Shown here: positions 46,178-59,510 of the stretch, piece after piece
Numbering within the stretch: the stretch's first letter is position 1
How the letters are laid out: each line of letters starts with the position of its first letter
NCBI RefSeq assembly: GCF_009914755.1
Contig: NC_060928.1
Source: the human T2T-CHM13v2.0 reference genome, Homo sapiens
Reading direction: 5' to 3' (one strand)
DNA: 64,000 nt
Position numbers and translations under genes: made by a program
The notes under the pieces: generated by a model
Seen by the model: only the letters and a program-made list of their open reading frames with translations
Databases searched by the model: none
Told to the model about the DNA's origin: nothing

Positions 46178-46557
46178 TGATATGGCTTGGCTCTGTGTCC
46201 TCACCCAAATTTTATCTTGATTTATCATCCAAATTGTAATCTCCACATGTTGGGGAATGGACCTTGTGGAAGGTGATTAGATCATGGGGGCAGTTCCCCC
46301 ATGCTGTTCTCATGACAGTGAGTGATTTTTCATGAGATCTCATAGTTTTATAAGGAACTTTTTCCCCCATTCACTCAACACTTCTCTCTCCTGCCACCAT
46401 GTGAAGAAGGACATATTTGCTTCCCCTTCCACCATACTTGTAAGTTTCCTGAGGCTTCTCCAGCCATGCAAAGCTGCGAGTCAATTAAACCTCTTTTCTT
46501 TATAAATTACCCAATCTCTAGTATTTCTTCATAGCAGTGTGAGAACAGACTAATACA
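46178..46557 (+). mobile_element. THE1 (C/D-like) 3' LTR
   Basis: tgatatggcttggctctgtgtcc...gagaacagactaataca. Confidence 0.92.
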
Positions 46558-47460
46558 ATGATCAAATCAGGGTATCTAATACATCCATCACTTTGAACAT
46601 TTATCATTTATTTGTGTTCTGAACATTCACAACTTCTCTTCCAGCTTGTTGAAAATATACAGTATATTGTTTTGAACCATATTAACCCTCTATTGTTACA
46701 GAACAACAGAACTTATTCCTCCTGTCTAACTGTTAACTTTTTAGCTGTTAATCAACTTCTCTCTATCCTCCTCTCCTCCTTACCCTTTTAGCCTCGAATA
46801 ACTACAATCCAATATCTGCATCTATAAGGTCTATGAGTTCAACTTTTTTAAAGCTCCTATACATGAATGAGAACCTTCAGCATTTATCTTTCTATGCCTG
46901 ATTTATTTCACTTAACAGAATGTCCTCTAGGCTTATCCATGTTGCTGCAAATGACAGGATTTCATTCCTATTATAACTGAATAGTATTTCATTTTGTATA
47001 CGTACAGCATTATCTTCATTCATCTATTGATAAACATTTAGGTTGATTTAATATCTTGACTATTGTGAATAGAAATACAATAAATATGGGAGTGGAGATA
47101 TCTCTTCAATATGCTGATTTCTTTTCCTTTGGATAAATAGCCAGTAGTAAGATTGCTAAATCATATGGCAGTTCTATTTTTAGTTTTCTTTAGAAACCTC
47201 CATACTCTTTTCCATAATGGCCGTACTAATTTATATTTCTACCAAGAGTGTATGAGTTCCCTTTTCTCCAAATCCTTTGCAGTATTTCTTATTTTTTCTT
47301 TTTGATGATTTCCATTCTAATGTGAGTCAGATGATATCTTATTGTAGTTTTGATTTGCTTTTTCCTGATGATTGGTGAGGATGAGCATTTTTTTCATATA
47401 CTTGGTGACCATTTGTATGTCTTCTTTTGAGAAATCTCTGTTCAGATGCTTTGCCCTTTT
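46558..47460 (-). mobile_element. L1MA-type 3' region
   Basis: atgatcaaatcagggt..catccatcac..., ccatgttgctgcaaatgacaggatttc, gtatgtcttcttttgagaaat. Confidence 0.85.
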
Positions 47461-47586
47461 TTTTTTTCATTGAATTCATTGCCTAGTCTGTTTCCTTATA
47501 TTCCGCCTCTCAAGAAATATCACACATATTAGCAAGGTCACTGTCATCTTTATTTAAAAAGTAACTGATGGCTAACTCATTTTATG

Positions 47587-48760
47587 ATGAGTTAGGACAG
47601 AGTCCCCCCTTTTCAATTGTTTTGAATAGTTTCAGAAAGTATGGTACCAGCTCTTCTTTGTATTTCTGGTCAAATTCAGCTATTAATCTGCCTGGTGTTT
47701 GGCTTTTTTTGGTTGGTAGGCTATTAATTACTGCCTCAATTTCAGAGCTTGTTATTGGTTTATTCAGGGATTCCACTTCTTCCTGGTTTAGTCTTGGGAG
47801 GGTGTATGCATTCAGGAATTTATCCATTTCTCTTAAATTTTCTAGTTTATTTGCATATAGGTGTTTATAGTATTCTCCGATGGTAGCTTGTATTTCTGTG
47901 GGGTCAGTGGTGATATTCCCTTTATCATTTTTTATTGCATCTATTTGATTCTTATCTCTCTACTCCTTCATTAGTCTAGCTAGCAGTCTATCTATTTTGT
48001 TAATGTTTTAAAAAAACAGCTCCTGGATTTGTTGATTTTTTGGAGAGTTTTTCATGTCTCTTTCTCTTCAATTCTTCTCTGAGCTTAGTTATTTCTTGCC
48101 TTCTGATACATTTTGGATTAGTTTGCTCTTGCCTCTCTAACTCTTTCAATTGTGATGTTAGGGTGTAGATTTGAGATCTTTCTAACTTTCTGATGTGGGC
48201 ACGTGGTGCTAAAAACTTCCTGCATAACACTGCTTTAGCTGTGTCCCAGAGATTCTGGTATGTTTTCTCTTTGTTCCTATTGGTTTCAAAGAACTTCTTA
48301 ATTTCTGCTGTAATTTCATTATTTACCTAGTGTCATTCAGGAGCAGGTTGTTCCATTTCCATGAAATTATGTGGTTTTGAGTGAGTTTCTTAATCTTGAG
48401 ATCTAATTTGATTGCGTTGTGGTCTGAGAAACTGTTATGATTTCCATTCTTTTGTATTTGCTGAGGAGTGTTTTACTTCCAATTATGTGGTCGATTTTAG
48501 AATAAGTGCCATGTGGTACTGAGCAGAATATATATTCTGTTGATTTGGGGTAGAGAGTTCTGTAGACGTCTACTAGGTCCATTTAATCCAGAGCTGAGTT
48601 CAAGTCCTGGATATCCTTGTTAATTTTCTGTCTCAGTGATCTGTCTAATACTGACAGTGGGGTGTTAAGGTATCCCACTATTATTGTGTGGGAGTCTAAG
48701 TCTCTTTGTAGCTCTCTAAGAACTCGTTTTATGAATCTGGGTGCTCCTGTATTGGGTGTG

Positions 48761-48817
<57 letters not shown>

Positions 48818-49152
48818 CAAAGCGCTTCTTGTTGAATTGTTCCCTTTATCATTGTCTAAGGCCGGTCTTTTTTTTTTTATATTTTTAGTGTCAAACCTGT
48901 TTTGTTAGAGACTATGAATGCAACCCCTGCTTTTTTTGCTTTCCATTTGCTTGGTAAATTTCCCTTCATCCCTTTATTTTCAGCCTGTGTTTGCCTTTGC
49001 ACATAAGATGGGTGTCCTGAATATAGCACACCAATGAGTCTTGACTCCTTATTCAATTTACCAGTCTGTGTATTTTAATTGGGGGACTTAGCTTATTGAC
49101 ATTTAAAGTTAGCATTGTTATGTGTGAATTTGATCCTTTCATCATGTTGTTA
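47587..49152 (-). mobile_element. Inverted 5' segment of an L1PA8-like element (ORF2 N-terminal third)
   Basis: Minus ORFs [47 protein letters not shown]. Confidence 0.92.
48766..48814. repeat. (TA)n microsatellite inside the L1
   Basis: About 24 uninterrupted TA units. Confidence 0.95.
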
Positions 49153-51602
49153 TTCATCCTGATACCAAAACTGGGAAGAGACACAACAAAAAAAGAAAAC
49201 TTTAGACCAATATCACTGATGAGCATCAATGCAAAAATACTCAATAAAATACTGGCAAACGGAACCCAGCATCACATCAAAAAACTTATCTACCGCGATC
49301 AAGTTGGTTTCATCCCTGGGATGCAAGGCTGGTTCAACATACGTGAATCAATAAATGTAGTCTATCACATAAACAGAACCACAGACAAAAACCACATGAT
49401 TGTCTCAATAGATGCAGAAAAGGCCTTTGATAAAATTCAACATCCCTTCATATTAAAAACTCTCAATAAACTAGGTATTGATGGAACATATCTCAAAATA
49501 ATAAGAGCTATTTATGACAAATCCTTAGCCAATATCATATTAAATGGAAAAAGCTGGTTGCATTCCTTTTGAAAACTGGTACAAAACAAGAATGCCCTCT
49601 CTCACCACTCCTATTCAACATATTGGAAGTTCTTGCCAGGGCAATCAGGCAAGATAAAGAAATAAAGGGTATTGAAATATGAAAAAGGAAGTCAAGTTGC
49701 CTCTGTTTGTAGATAATGTGATTTTATATTTAGAAAACCCCATCATCTCAGCCCAAAAATTTCTTGAACCAATAAGCAACTTCACCAAAGTCTCAGGATA
49801 CAAAATCAATGTGCAAAAATCAAACATTCTTTTACACCAACAATAGGCAAGCAGCCAGCCAAATCATGAATGAACTCCCATTTACAATTGCTACAAAGAT
49901 AATAAAATACCTAGGAATACAGCTAACAAGGGACGTGAAGGACCTCTTCAAGGAGAACTACAAACCACTGCTCAAGGAAATAATAGAAAGCACAAATGGA
50001 AAAACAGTCCATACTTATGTCTAGTAAGAATCAATATTGTGAAAATGGCCATACTGCCCAAAGTAATTTATATATTCAATGCTATTGCCATCAAACTAAT
50101 ATTAACATTCTTCACAGAATTAGAAAAAAACTATTTCAAATTTCATATGGCATCAAAGAAGATCCCATATAGCCAAGACAATCCTAAGCCAAAAGAACAA
50201 AGCTGGAGGCATCACACTGCCTGACTTCAAACTATACTGCAAGACTACAGTAACCAAAACAGCATGGCACTTGTACCAAAACAAACGTATAGACCAATGG
50301 AGCAGAACAGAGGCCTCAGAAATAACACTATACATCTACAACCATCTGATCTTCAACAAACCTGACAAAAACAAGCAATGGGGAAAGGATCTCCTATTCA
50401 GTAAATGGTGCTCGGAAAACTGGCTAGCCATATGCAGAAAACTGAAACTGGACCCATTCCTTATACCTTATACAAAAATTAACTCAAGATGGATAAAAGA
50501 CTCAAATGTAAAACCCAAAACCATAAAAGCCCTAGAACAAAACCTAAGCAATACCATTCAGGACATAGGCACAGGCAAAGACTTCATGATAAAAATCCCG
50601 AAAGCAATTGCAAAAGAAGCCAAAATTACCAAATGGGATCCAATTAAACCAAAGAGCTTCTGCACAGCAAAAGAAACTATCATCAGAGTGAACAGGCAAC
50701 CTACAGAATGGGAGAAAATTTTTTCAATCTACCTATCTGAAAAAAGTCTAATATCCAGAATTTGCAAGGAACTTAAACGTATTTACAAGAAGAAAACAAA
50801 CAACCCCATCAAAAAGTGGGCAAAGGATATAAACAGACACTTCTCAAAAGAAGACATTTATGCAGTCAACAAACATATTTTAAAAAGCTCATCACTGATC
50901 ATCAGAGAAATGCAAATCAAAACCACAATGAGATACCATCTCACACCAGTCAGAATGGCAATTAAAAAGTCAGGAAAACAATAGATACTGGCAGGGTTGT
51001 GGAGAAATAAGAATGCTTTTACATTGTTGTTGGGAATGTAAATTAGTTCAACCATTTTGGAAGACAGTATGGCAATTCCTCAAAGATCTAGAACCAGAAA
51101 TACCATTTGACCCAACAACCCCATTACTGGGTGTCTACCCAAAGGAATATAAATCATTCTACCATAAGGACACATGCACACATATGTTTATTGGAGCACA
51201 ATACCAAAGACATGGAACCAACTGAAATGCCCATCAATGATAGACTGGATAAAGAAAATGTGGTACATAAACACCATGGAATACTATGCAGCCATACAAA
51301 GGAATGAGATCATGTCCTTTTCGTGGACATAAACGAAGCTGGAAGCCATCATCCTCAGCAAACTAACACAGGAACAGAAAACCAAACACCGCATGTTCTC
51401 ACTCATAAGTGGGAGCTGAACACTGAGAACAGAGAGAGGAACAACATACACCAGGGACTGTTGGGGGTAGGTTTGAAGGGAGGGAACTTAGAGGATGGGT
51501 CTATAGGTGCAACAAACCACCATGGCACATTTATACCTATGTAGCATACCTGAACGTTCTGCACATGTATCTTGTTGAGTTTTTTTTAGAAGAAATAAAG
51601 AC
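49153..51602 (+). mobile_element. Sense 3' segment of the same L1PA8-like element
   Basis: [23 protein letters not shown] region through the C-terminus; 3'UTR gagggaacttagaggatggg...ttttttagaagaaataaag. Confidence 0.93.
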
Positions 51603-52706
51603 AAAAATTAATTGATAGGCAGGTTAAAGATTTGAAATTATAAAAATGGATTTATTTATAATCTTTGAAGAGCACTCATTTTGTGGGGTAAAGTTACTTA
51701 ATAAAACTTTTATCTGGAATACATTAATAATTACTGGACTTTACTATTTGGAGAACTCACAATTTAGAAAAACATTTTTACTATTACATTTCTGCTATGT
51801 TTCTCATATATTTAATCTTCAGTTGATACACATAGATCCGATACTGCCTCTTTAAATATATGGCAACTATTCACTTAGAAGTATTTATCTGTTTATGGCG
51901 GTGTTTATCTGTCAGTCAGTCAGCTACTGTTTATTGAGGGCCCACAGAATATGTGCACACTTGTGAACATGAAGCTTGCAGATTATTTAATTTTGGAAAA
52001 TGGCACTTGTAAATCCTGCAGACTAACTTTATACTGAAGATAATATTGTTTCCCAAAACCTACTCTTTGTAAATGCTATTGTAACTGAGTCTTTTGGCCT
52101 CCAATACATTAATCACATGTACTTGGTATGAATCTCATGAGAGTGACCCAATTGCGTGATTAAATTTAATTGCATGATTAAAATTTTGTTGTTAATACTC
52201 CTAATGTTTTGGTCTGTAACAAGATCACTCCTCTTGCTGGGTTTGTGTTGTGAGCTCATGAATTGCTTGCTTTAGAAATACTCACACTCCAGATATTAGA
52301 ATGAGAATGAGATGTAGCCTAGAAACAGCTATCTGTGATTCTTAAAGCTGTAACATTGGAATAGTCATTTAAGCTCACCAGACTTCAGTGTCCTTTTGAC
52401 AGGAATGTTAGTAATAATCATTATATTAACAATGAATGACAGATATTTGTTGAATACTTACTTTGTTTCATTGTCTTTGCTAAGACATTCAGATAGATTA
52501 TTTTGAATTTTATAATAAACTTCAATTATAGCACCACTATCATCTCCACACTTCTTCCCAGCCACAAGCCCAACCTAAAACATTTCAATGACTTCTTATT
52601 GCCGGGATAAAAACTAAAGTCCTTCACACAGCCTACATATTTCTGTATCTCCAACAGTTTTCCACTTCTGCTAACTCTTCAATTCTCTGCACATCGGACA
52701 CATTAG

Positions 52707-52914
52707 GCTTGCCTGCCTGCCTGCCTTTCTTTCTTTCTTTCTTTCTTTCTTTCTCTTTCTTTCTTTCTTTTCTTTTTCTTTTTCTTTCTTTTTTCTTCTT
52801 TTCCCTAAACACTTTTCTTTCTTTCTCTCTCTCTTTCTTTCTCTCTTTCTCTCTTTCTTTCTCCCTCCCTCCCTTCCTTCCCTCCTTCTTTCTTTTCTTC
52901 TTTTCCCTAAACAC
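52707..52914. repeat. Polypyrimidine (GCCT)n/(CTTT)n/(CCCT)n tract within an L2 remnant
   Basis: Direct inspection; flanks taaaacatttcaatgacttcttattgcc are L2-like. Confidence 0.85.
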
Positions 52915-53764
52915 ACCATATTTACTCTCCTGCCACTGAAGATACTTAAGGAGGAATATTTGCAACATATACAAGAAAAGTTCTGTATAATTAGATAAAA
53001 GCAGCTCTTTAAATCAAACAGGAAAGAGCTATTATCTACATAGAAAAAATAAGCAAATCACTATAAAGAGACAATTTATACAAGTAACACTAATGGGAAT
53101 AAACATGAAAATACTCAGTTTCACTGGTTTTCAGCAAAATGCAAATTGAAAAGAGATAGATTTTTTTTTCCTGTTGAGGCTTCCTAGAATTGACAGAGAC
53201 AGGCAGGACAAGAGAATTCTTATATCTTTCTTGTACACTTTTATACATACTAAGATGCCAGTGATATGTCTTGCAGCATTATTTATACATCGTGAGGAGG
53301 TTCTACACCATTCATCTCTGTGTAATATATATAAACACAAGAAAGAATCTGTGGATAACAGAATATTGATATATTGTTTCAAAGAACACTTGACATTACA
53401 GAGAAACTATAAAATGAAGACAACTCCAATACTTCAAATTTTTTATTGTACTGGTGAAATACATAAGACTATATTTGCAATAAAGGTAGAAACGAGCAAG
53501 TGTCACAACAGTGTTTCAACCAAAACACTTGAAAAATTCTGCCCTCCAAAGAAAAATATCAGATTGAATGCCATGTGTTCACCACTTAGAAACAAGAGTA
53601 CATGATGCGTTTGATGAGCTGATATGCCACCTGCAACTGCTTGTCAAAAACGGAAGTACGTACAGCTTGTAAATAGCATCATTCAAACTAGGATTGTAGA
53701 AAACATTTAAATGTAAATCCTGAGGGAAAAATATAACTATTTTATAAGTCAGTTAACTCTGATC

Positions 53765-54105
53765 ATTTTTTCTACTTTTACTTTCAAATAATTATAGGTT
53801 TACAAGAAGTTGCAAAAATAGTACAGAAAGGTTCTATGTATCATTCACCCAGTTCTTCCCATTTCTTATGTAACTACAGAACAATATCACACCTAGAAAG
53901 CTGATATTGTTATAATGTGTATACATAGCTCTATGTCATTTTATTACATGTGTAGATATGTGCAGTAAACATCAAGATACAGAGCTATCCCATTACCACT
54001 GAAATCTTCATGCTAACGTTTATAGCCGTTCTCCCTCTCTCTTTCTTCTCATCTCTAAATCCTAACATCCACTAATCTCTTCACCATCTCTATAATTTTG
54101 TCATA
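53765..54105 (-). mobile_element. L1MC-type 3' end
   Basis: aataattataggtttacaagaagttgcaaaaatagtacaga...ccactaatct..catctctataattttgtcat. Confidence 0.75.
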
Positions 54106-54434
54106 TTGATTTACTCAATTATTTTTATCTTTAGTTTTTATGCATTTGCAAATGTGAATTTTTAAGTAATGACACTTTTATAAATATTTCAGAAATAAAC
54201 ATCACAGCTCTCAAATCTTATCAGGGATTCAGTCAATGTTCAGTGAATATGAATGTGTCTTAATTTTGGTAATTCTAAGCCAACGAGTTCATTCAATATA
54301 CCAGATAAAGTATTGACAGTGGCAACTGCAGTACTAACTAGTATATGTTCTCTATTTCAGTAAGCAAACCTTCTTTTTAAAAAATCAGTTGATATGACCT
54401 TTATAATGAATGGAATATAATATACCTTATCTAC

Positions 54435-54855
54435 TGATATGGCTTGGATGTTTTGTCTCCTCCAAATCTTATGCTGAAATGTGACCTCCAATGTTGGAAG
54501 TGGGCTTCGTGGGAGGTGTTCGGGTCATGGAGGAGAATCTCTCATTAATGACTTGGTGTTGTCCTCATGGTAATGAATATGTTCTTACACTATGAGTTTC
54601 TGCAAATCTGGTTGTTTGAAAGAGTCTGGCACCTCCTCCTTCTCTCTCTCTTACTCCCACTCTCACCATGTCACACAGTGGTTCCTCTTTGCCTTCTGCA
54701 ATCAGTGAAAACTTCTTGAAGACCTCACCAGAAGCAGGTGCCAGCACTATGCTGTGTATACAGCCTGCAGAACCATAAGCCAGATAAACTTCTTTTCTTT
54801 ATAAGTTGCCCCGTCTCAGGTATTCCTTTATAGCAATGCAGAATGAACTAACACA
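54435..54855 (+). mobile_element. MST (MSTB-like) solo LTR
   Basis: tgatatggcttggatgttt...gaactaacaca; 5-bp TSD tctac/tctat. Confidence 0.9.
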
Positions 54856-55074
54856 TCTATTAATCTATTTCCTCCAAAAAATAACCATTCATACATGCAA
54901 ATAAAACATGCTATTTAGCAACCATTAGAAACCTAATACTGTGTTAATTGTATAAAGAAACTTCTAGCTTTTTTTGGCATAATGTTGAACTAAAGTTTAA
55001 TTCAGTGCATTCTGTACACACTAGACTATCTTCTCTCTCTCTCTCTCTTTTTCTTTTTTTTGACTTCTAGCTAT

Positions 55075-55361
55075 TTTTTAAGAGATGGGGTTTTGCTCTG
55101 TCACCGAGGCTGGGGTTCAGTGGCATGATCATAGTTCATGCACCTCCAACTCCTGGGCTCAAGTGATCCCTCTTCAGCCTCCCGAGTAGCTGGGACCACA
55201 GCCATGCACCACTATGCCCAACTAATTTTTATTTTATTTTTTGTAAAGATGGGGTCTTCCTATATTGCTCAGGCTAGTTTCATACTCCTGGCACCAAGTG
55301 ATCCTCCCATCTTGGCTTCCCAAGTTGCTGAGATTACAGGTGCAAGCCTTCATGCCCAGCC
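55075..55361 (-). mobile_element. AluJ
   Basis: gatcatagttca, ctcctgggctcaagtgatcc (J-type features); CpG-depleted. Confidence 0.88.
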
Positions 55362-56179
55362 AATCCAGCTCTGAAGAACTCAAAATACAGATAAAGACTT
55401 ATATTATTTTAAAATATTTTATTGTTACAATTTGCTCATTTATTGACAAATGAATGGCTACTATATAGTTACTACCCTACAACTGTTAAATTTTTTAATT
55501 TAATTTTAATTGCAATGACATACTTTTTAAATCACTAATATCATCAAAAGATGCCATAACATAAGCAGAAGTTACCATTTGCCTCTGTTCATTAACTAAA
55601 GCTTAAAATATTTTTGTCCTATTTTGGACTGGAGTTCTATTACAATTATCCTTGGATTTGTAGTTCAATTAAACCTTGATAATTTGATCCAAGGATGTAT
55701 TCAATCATCCATTGCAGAATGCTAAAGTCATTTTTGCACATTCAGTACCAGATAATCCAGATTTTCTCCACGTTAATAGATATTTGAGCATGGAGAGCAA
55801 ACTGCATCAGTCTGTATTGGCTATATTAGTGTAAACTGAGCAGTGCCAAGGCTTTATTTCCTATGTAGAGTAGATTTGGTGTATAAAGAAGTAAATAACT
55901 ATAAAACAAATAGGCTACTCACATTAGAGGCAATATGTTCCTTCTGCCAATGAAAATTATCTAATAATAACCATAACATGTATGTATTCATTTTATTCTA
56001 TGGGTACATTTATAAGGTGAGTTAACATATATTTCAGTGATGTTATTAGAAATACAATAATCAGGAAGAATATAGCATTATAAGGTACTGAGATGTGTTT
56101 TGTTATTGCTGTTGCTGTTGTTCTTTTGTATTTATTTCTTTGATTGTCTTTGTTTCTTTTCATTCAAAGATAATCTCTA

Positions 56180-56387
56180 CAACATAGTGGCTGAGAATAG
56201 GCATTTATATCCAGCTGCAACATTTATCATTTGTGTGTCCTAAATAAATATCCCATTTGTAAAACGTAATGCTGTTGTTCCTGTTTCAGAGTGGTTTTAA
56301 GGAACAGATTAGTTTACCTTGTAGGCAGTATAATACCTGACACACAGTAAGAGCTCAATAAATGTTGATGGTTATAGTTATTATTAT
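56180..56387 (+). mobile_element. MIR fragment
   Basis: catagtggctgagaata...cccatttgtaaaa...cctgacacacagtaagagctcaataaatgtt. Confidence 0.7.
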
Positions 56388-56986
56388 ATTTAGTACAAAC
56401 AAATATTTTGAGGAAAGATTAAAGATTTATCAGTATATAATATCCACAGTTGTCTCTTTAGAACTCTCATAATATTAATAATAATCCTGAATAATTTATC
56501 TGAAATTGAATGTAATGACAAAATGAAGGTATTTCACCCCACTCTTCTTGATGCCAACTAAAACCAAAGAAAATGGAAAAGAGAGGAGACAATTTATTCT
56601 GCAATAAAACATAGAAGGCACAGATAAACCAGAAACTATGAACGAGAGCTGCCAAAGCCAATGAAATTCATACCAAATTAAGAAAGCTTTCTGAGAGGAT
56701 GTCAGCACCTATCAATCTTTCACATCATACTGTCTCCCTATGATTAGTCAAGCCCAAGGAGCTCAACTAGTGACTCTTCTTGTAATAAGAATGTCAGGAG
56801 AAGTGAAAAGTGTGGGAGTATCACCATAGCTATTTCACACTACAGAGAAGCAGAGGGAGAGGGCAGAATGAGGAATTTGGGAGACAAGACAACCTTAGCA
56901 GAGACAGAGTGCCAGAGTGAAAGGACACGCCATGAGTGCAGCCAGTTTTGACTGTGGATCAAAGTCAACCAAAGATAAATCAACAT

Positions 56987-57370
56987 TGTTGTGGGCTGAA
57001 TTGTGTCCTCCCACCCCTTGACAAAATTATATGTTGAAAATCTAACCTCCAATGTGGCTATATTTGGAAAGTGGCTATTTAAGAATGTAATTGAGATTAA
57101 GTGAGGTCACAGGTGGGGCCTTAATCCCATCTGACTGGTGTTCTTAGAAGAAGAAAGACCAAAGATGCAGATACACAGGAGGAAGGCCACGTGAAGACAC
57201 AGAAAGAAGATGGCAATCTGAAAGCCAAAGAGATGTGCCTTGGGAAAAACCGAAGCTGCTGACACCTTGATACTGGATTTCAGTCTCCTAAACTGCGATA
57301 AATTAATTTCTGTTGTTTAAGCCATCTAGTTTGTGATATTTTGTTATGTCAGCCCTAGCAAGCTAATACA
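56987..57370 (+). mobile_element. MLT1B-like solo LTR
   Basis: tgttgtgggctgaattgtgtcc...gccctagcaagctaataca; TSD aacat/aacac. Confidence 0.88.
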
Positions 57371-57829
57371 AACACTAAATCTGAATTTAAAATATAATGA
57401 AGCAAAAACCCTTGGCATTGCAGGGCTTTTCTCTAGGCCACTTATATCTAATTCCAAAAGGAGACACAATGGTGACAAGGTACAAGACAGAGAAGGTGTG
57501 AAGGCATTGTGAGACAGCATAACTACCTTGAAGCTTTCCATTTATGCATCTTTTTAACCAAGTACTGATTACAACTTCTGTCATATTGCTAAATAGAATA
57601 GCCATAATTCAAAGGTAAGCAGTAGTCAGAAAGAAATCTGCTTTATATCTAAGTAGATATCCAATAAGAATTTTCCATTCTTATCACATGATTGGGTCTT
57701 TCTTAATTCAAAGAATTATAAAGACAAACAGTGACTATAAACTCACCCTTCTTAATAGCTTGAAAAAGTTAAAATCATACTTAGAACATTTAAGTAAAAA
57801 AAAAAAAAGTGCTTTTCCTATTGCCTCAG

Positions 57830-58255
57830 TCACCACTTCCACAGCTAATCCCAAGAGTTTTCTGTGATTTCTTTTAAAAACAACTTATGCATATATCTGT
57901 CTACTAATCTCTTCATTCATTTATTTTTATTAAAAATTACATAAAGCTATATTACTATACACAATTTTTTATGCCTTGCCTTTTTCACTTATTATTATAT
58001 CTTAGAAATTTTTCTTTTTTGTATATATAGGCCTATCTAATTCTTTTAAACAACAATGTATTCCACAACCAAGTTAAAGATTCTATTACTAAAAGACTTT
58101 GGTGTTTTCAATTTTTTTCTATCATAAACACTTCAGTGAGCATTCTCGTACATATATCATGGGAGCTGTTTTTAAGAATACTCATTGGATAAATTCCTAG
58201 GAGTAGAATTTCTGGGTGAAAGGATATCTGAACTTTAAATTTTTATAAATATTGA
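57830..58255 (-). mobile_element. L1ME-type 3' fragment
   Basis: ccttgcctttttcactta, gataaattcctaggagtagaatttctgggtgaaagg. Confidence 0.65.
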
Positions 58256-59364
58256 ACATGGAAAATTTTCAATATGCAACAAGACAAAATAATCAATGAA
58301 ATTACAATAGGAAAACAGATGGAATGCACAAATTAGCAAGGAAAAATGAAAAAGGCAATAACTACAGAAAATGAAACCCCAATTATAGATATCAAAAAGA
58401 CAAATATATACTGTTAAAAATACCCACTGATATGCAGAATATAAATATACCTGAGCACACAGCAATATTAAATAACTCACAGCAAATGACTAGAAATGAT
58501 TGAGGTAAAACAAAAAAAAGATACCGAAATCATACAAAAGAAGAGCCACATTTTATAATTGCCGGTTCTAAAGAAACCAAGAAAACTGAATAGAACAATC
58601 TAGGACGTGCAAATACAAGGTAAAAAATTGCAATTCCTGTTTCAGGAAAAAAATTATAGGGAATAATCAAAACCAAAATGTATCTTGGTGAAGTAAAGAA
58701 TAATCTATAAATCTATGCAGAAAAAATAAAAAAACAAGAATTAAGAGAAAGATTGTTCTCATATTTTTCATAAACAAAGATGATACATTTCCATAAAGAC
58801 ATACAATTTTCCTTTAAGTGAACACTTTTCAAAATTGACACATATTAGTTCCAATAAAAATATTAATATGAGTCAAATTGTTACATAGCAAATAATCCAT
58901 GTTGTGATCACGAGACAAGAAATCAATAATAAAAATAGAAAAGAAACCAATACTTTTAAAAGTTGGGAAATAAAATTATTTTAAACTAAAACTGGGTCAA
59001 AGAGCAAGTATAATATGCCAAAAATCTGTAACTATAACATATATGTCAGAACCTATGGTATATGACTAATATAGTTTCCACAGGAAATTTTATAAAATTA
59101 AAAACACTAAGAAACTACTTAAAATTTTAAAATGCTTTTTAAGGGAAAAAATGTATTTGAATGAAGAAGTTAAAGAAAAAAAACAGGACTAAACAAAAGC
59201 AAAACAGAAAAAAGCCATTAACAACAACAACAACAAAATCCAGAAAAATATGAACAAGAACAATAATAACTTCAAACACATATACTGCCTATTCAGGTGT
59301 TCTTTCAAATGTGTAAATCAATTATTAAAATTTTTAATCTTTATTGATTACTGTATAAAGTAGA

Positions 59365-59510
59365 CAACTATTATTATTTTCATTTTGTAAGTGAGAAAAC
59401 CAAATCATGTAAGTGTTAAGTAACTTATGCAAGGTCATGCCGCAGTGGAACTGAGATTTGAAAACAGGCAGTTTGACTCCAAAGCCTTTACTCTTAATGA
59501 CTATACTACT
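59365..59510 (-). mobile_element. MIR
   Basis: cattttgtaagtgagaaaac...gttaagtaactt..caaggtca...gatttgaa..caggcagtttgactccaaagcc. Confidence 0.8.

Noticed and set aside
50271-50984. Longest ORF (237 aa), plus ORFs at 49096, 17187, 28621 and 31455
   Set aside because: All are fragments of L1 ORF1p/ORF2p in disrupted elements, not host genes.
52633-52974. Lys/Arg/Glu-rich ORFs (similarly low-complexity ORFs at 35538 and 13888)
   Set aside because: Translations of microsatellites.
53600-53725. TGATGA...CTGA resembling C/D snoRNA boxes
   Set aside because: No terminal stem and no recognisable antisense element.
55648-55696. 10-bp inverted repeat atccttggat/atccaaggat as a pre-miRNA
   Set aside because: The inner region pairs poorly; too short for a miRNA stem.
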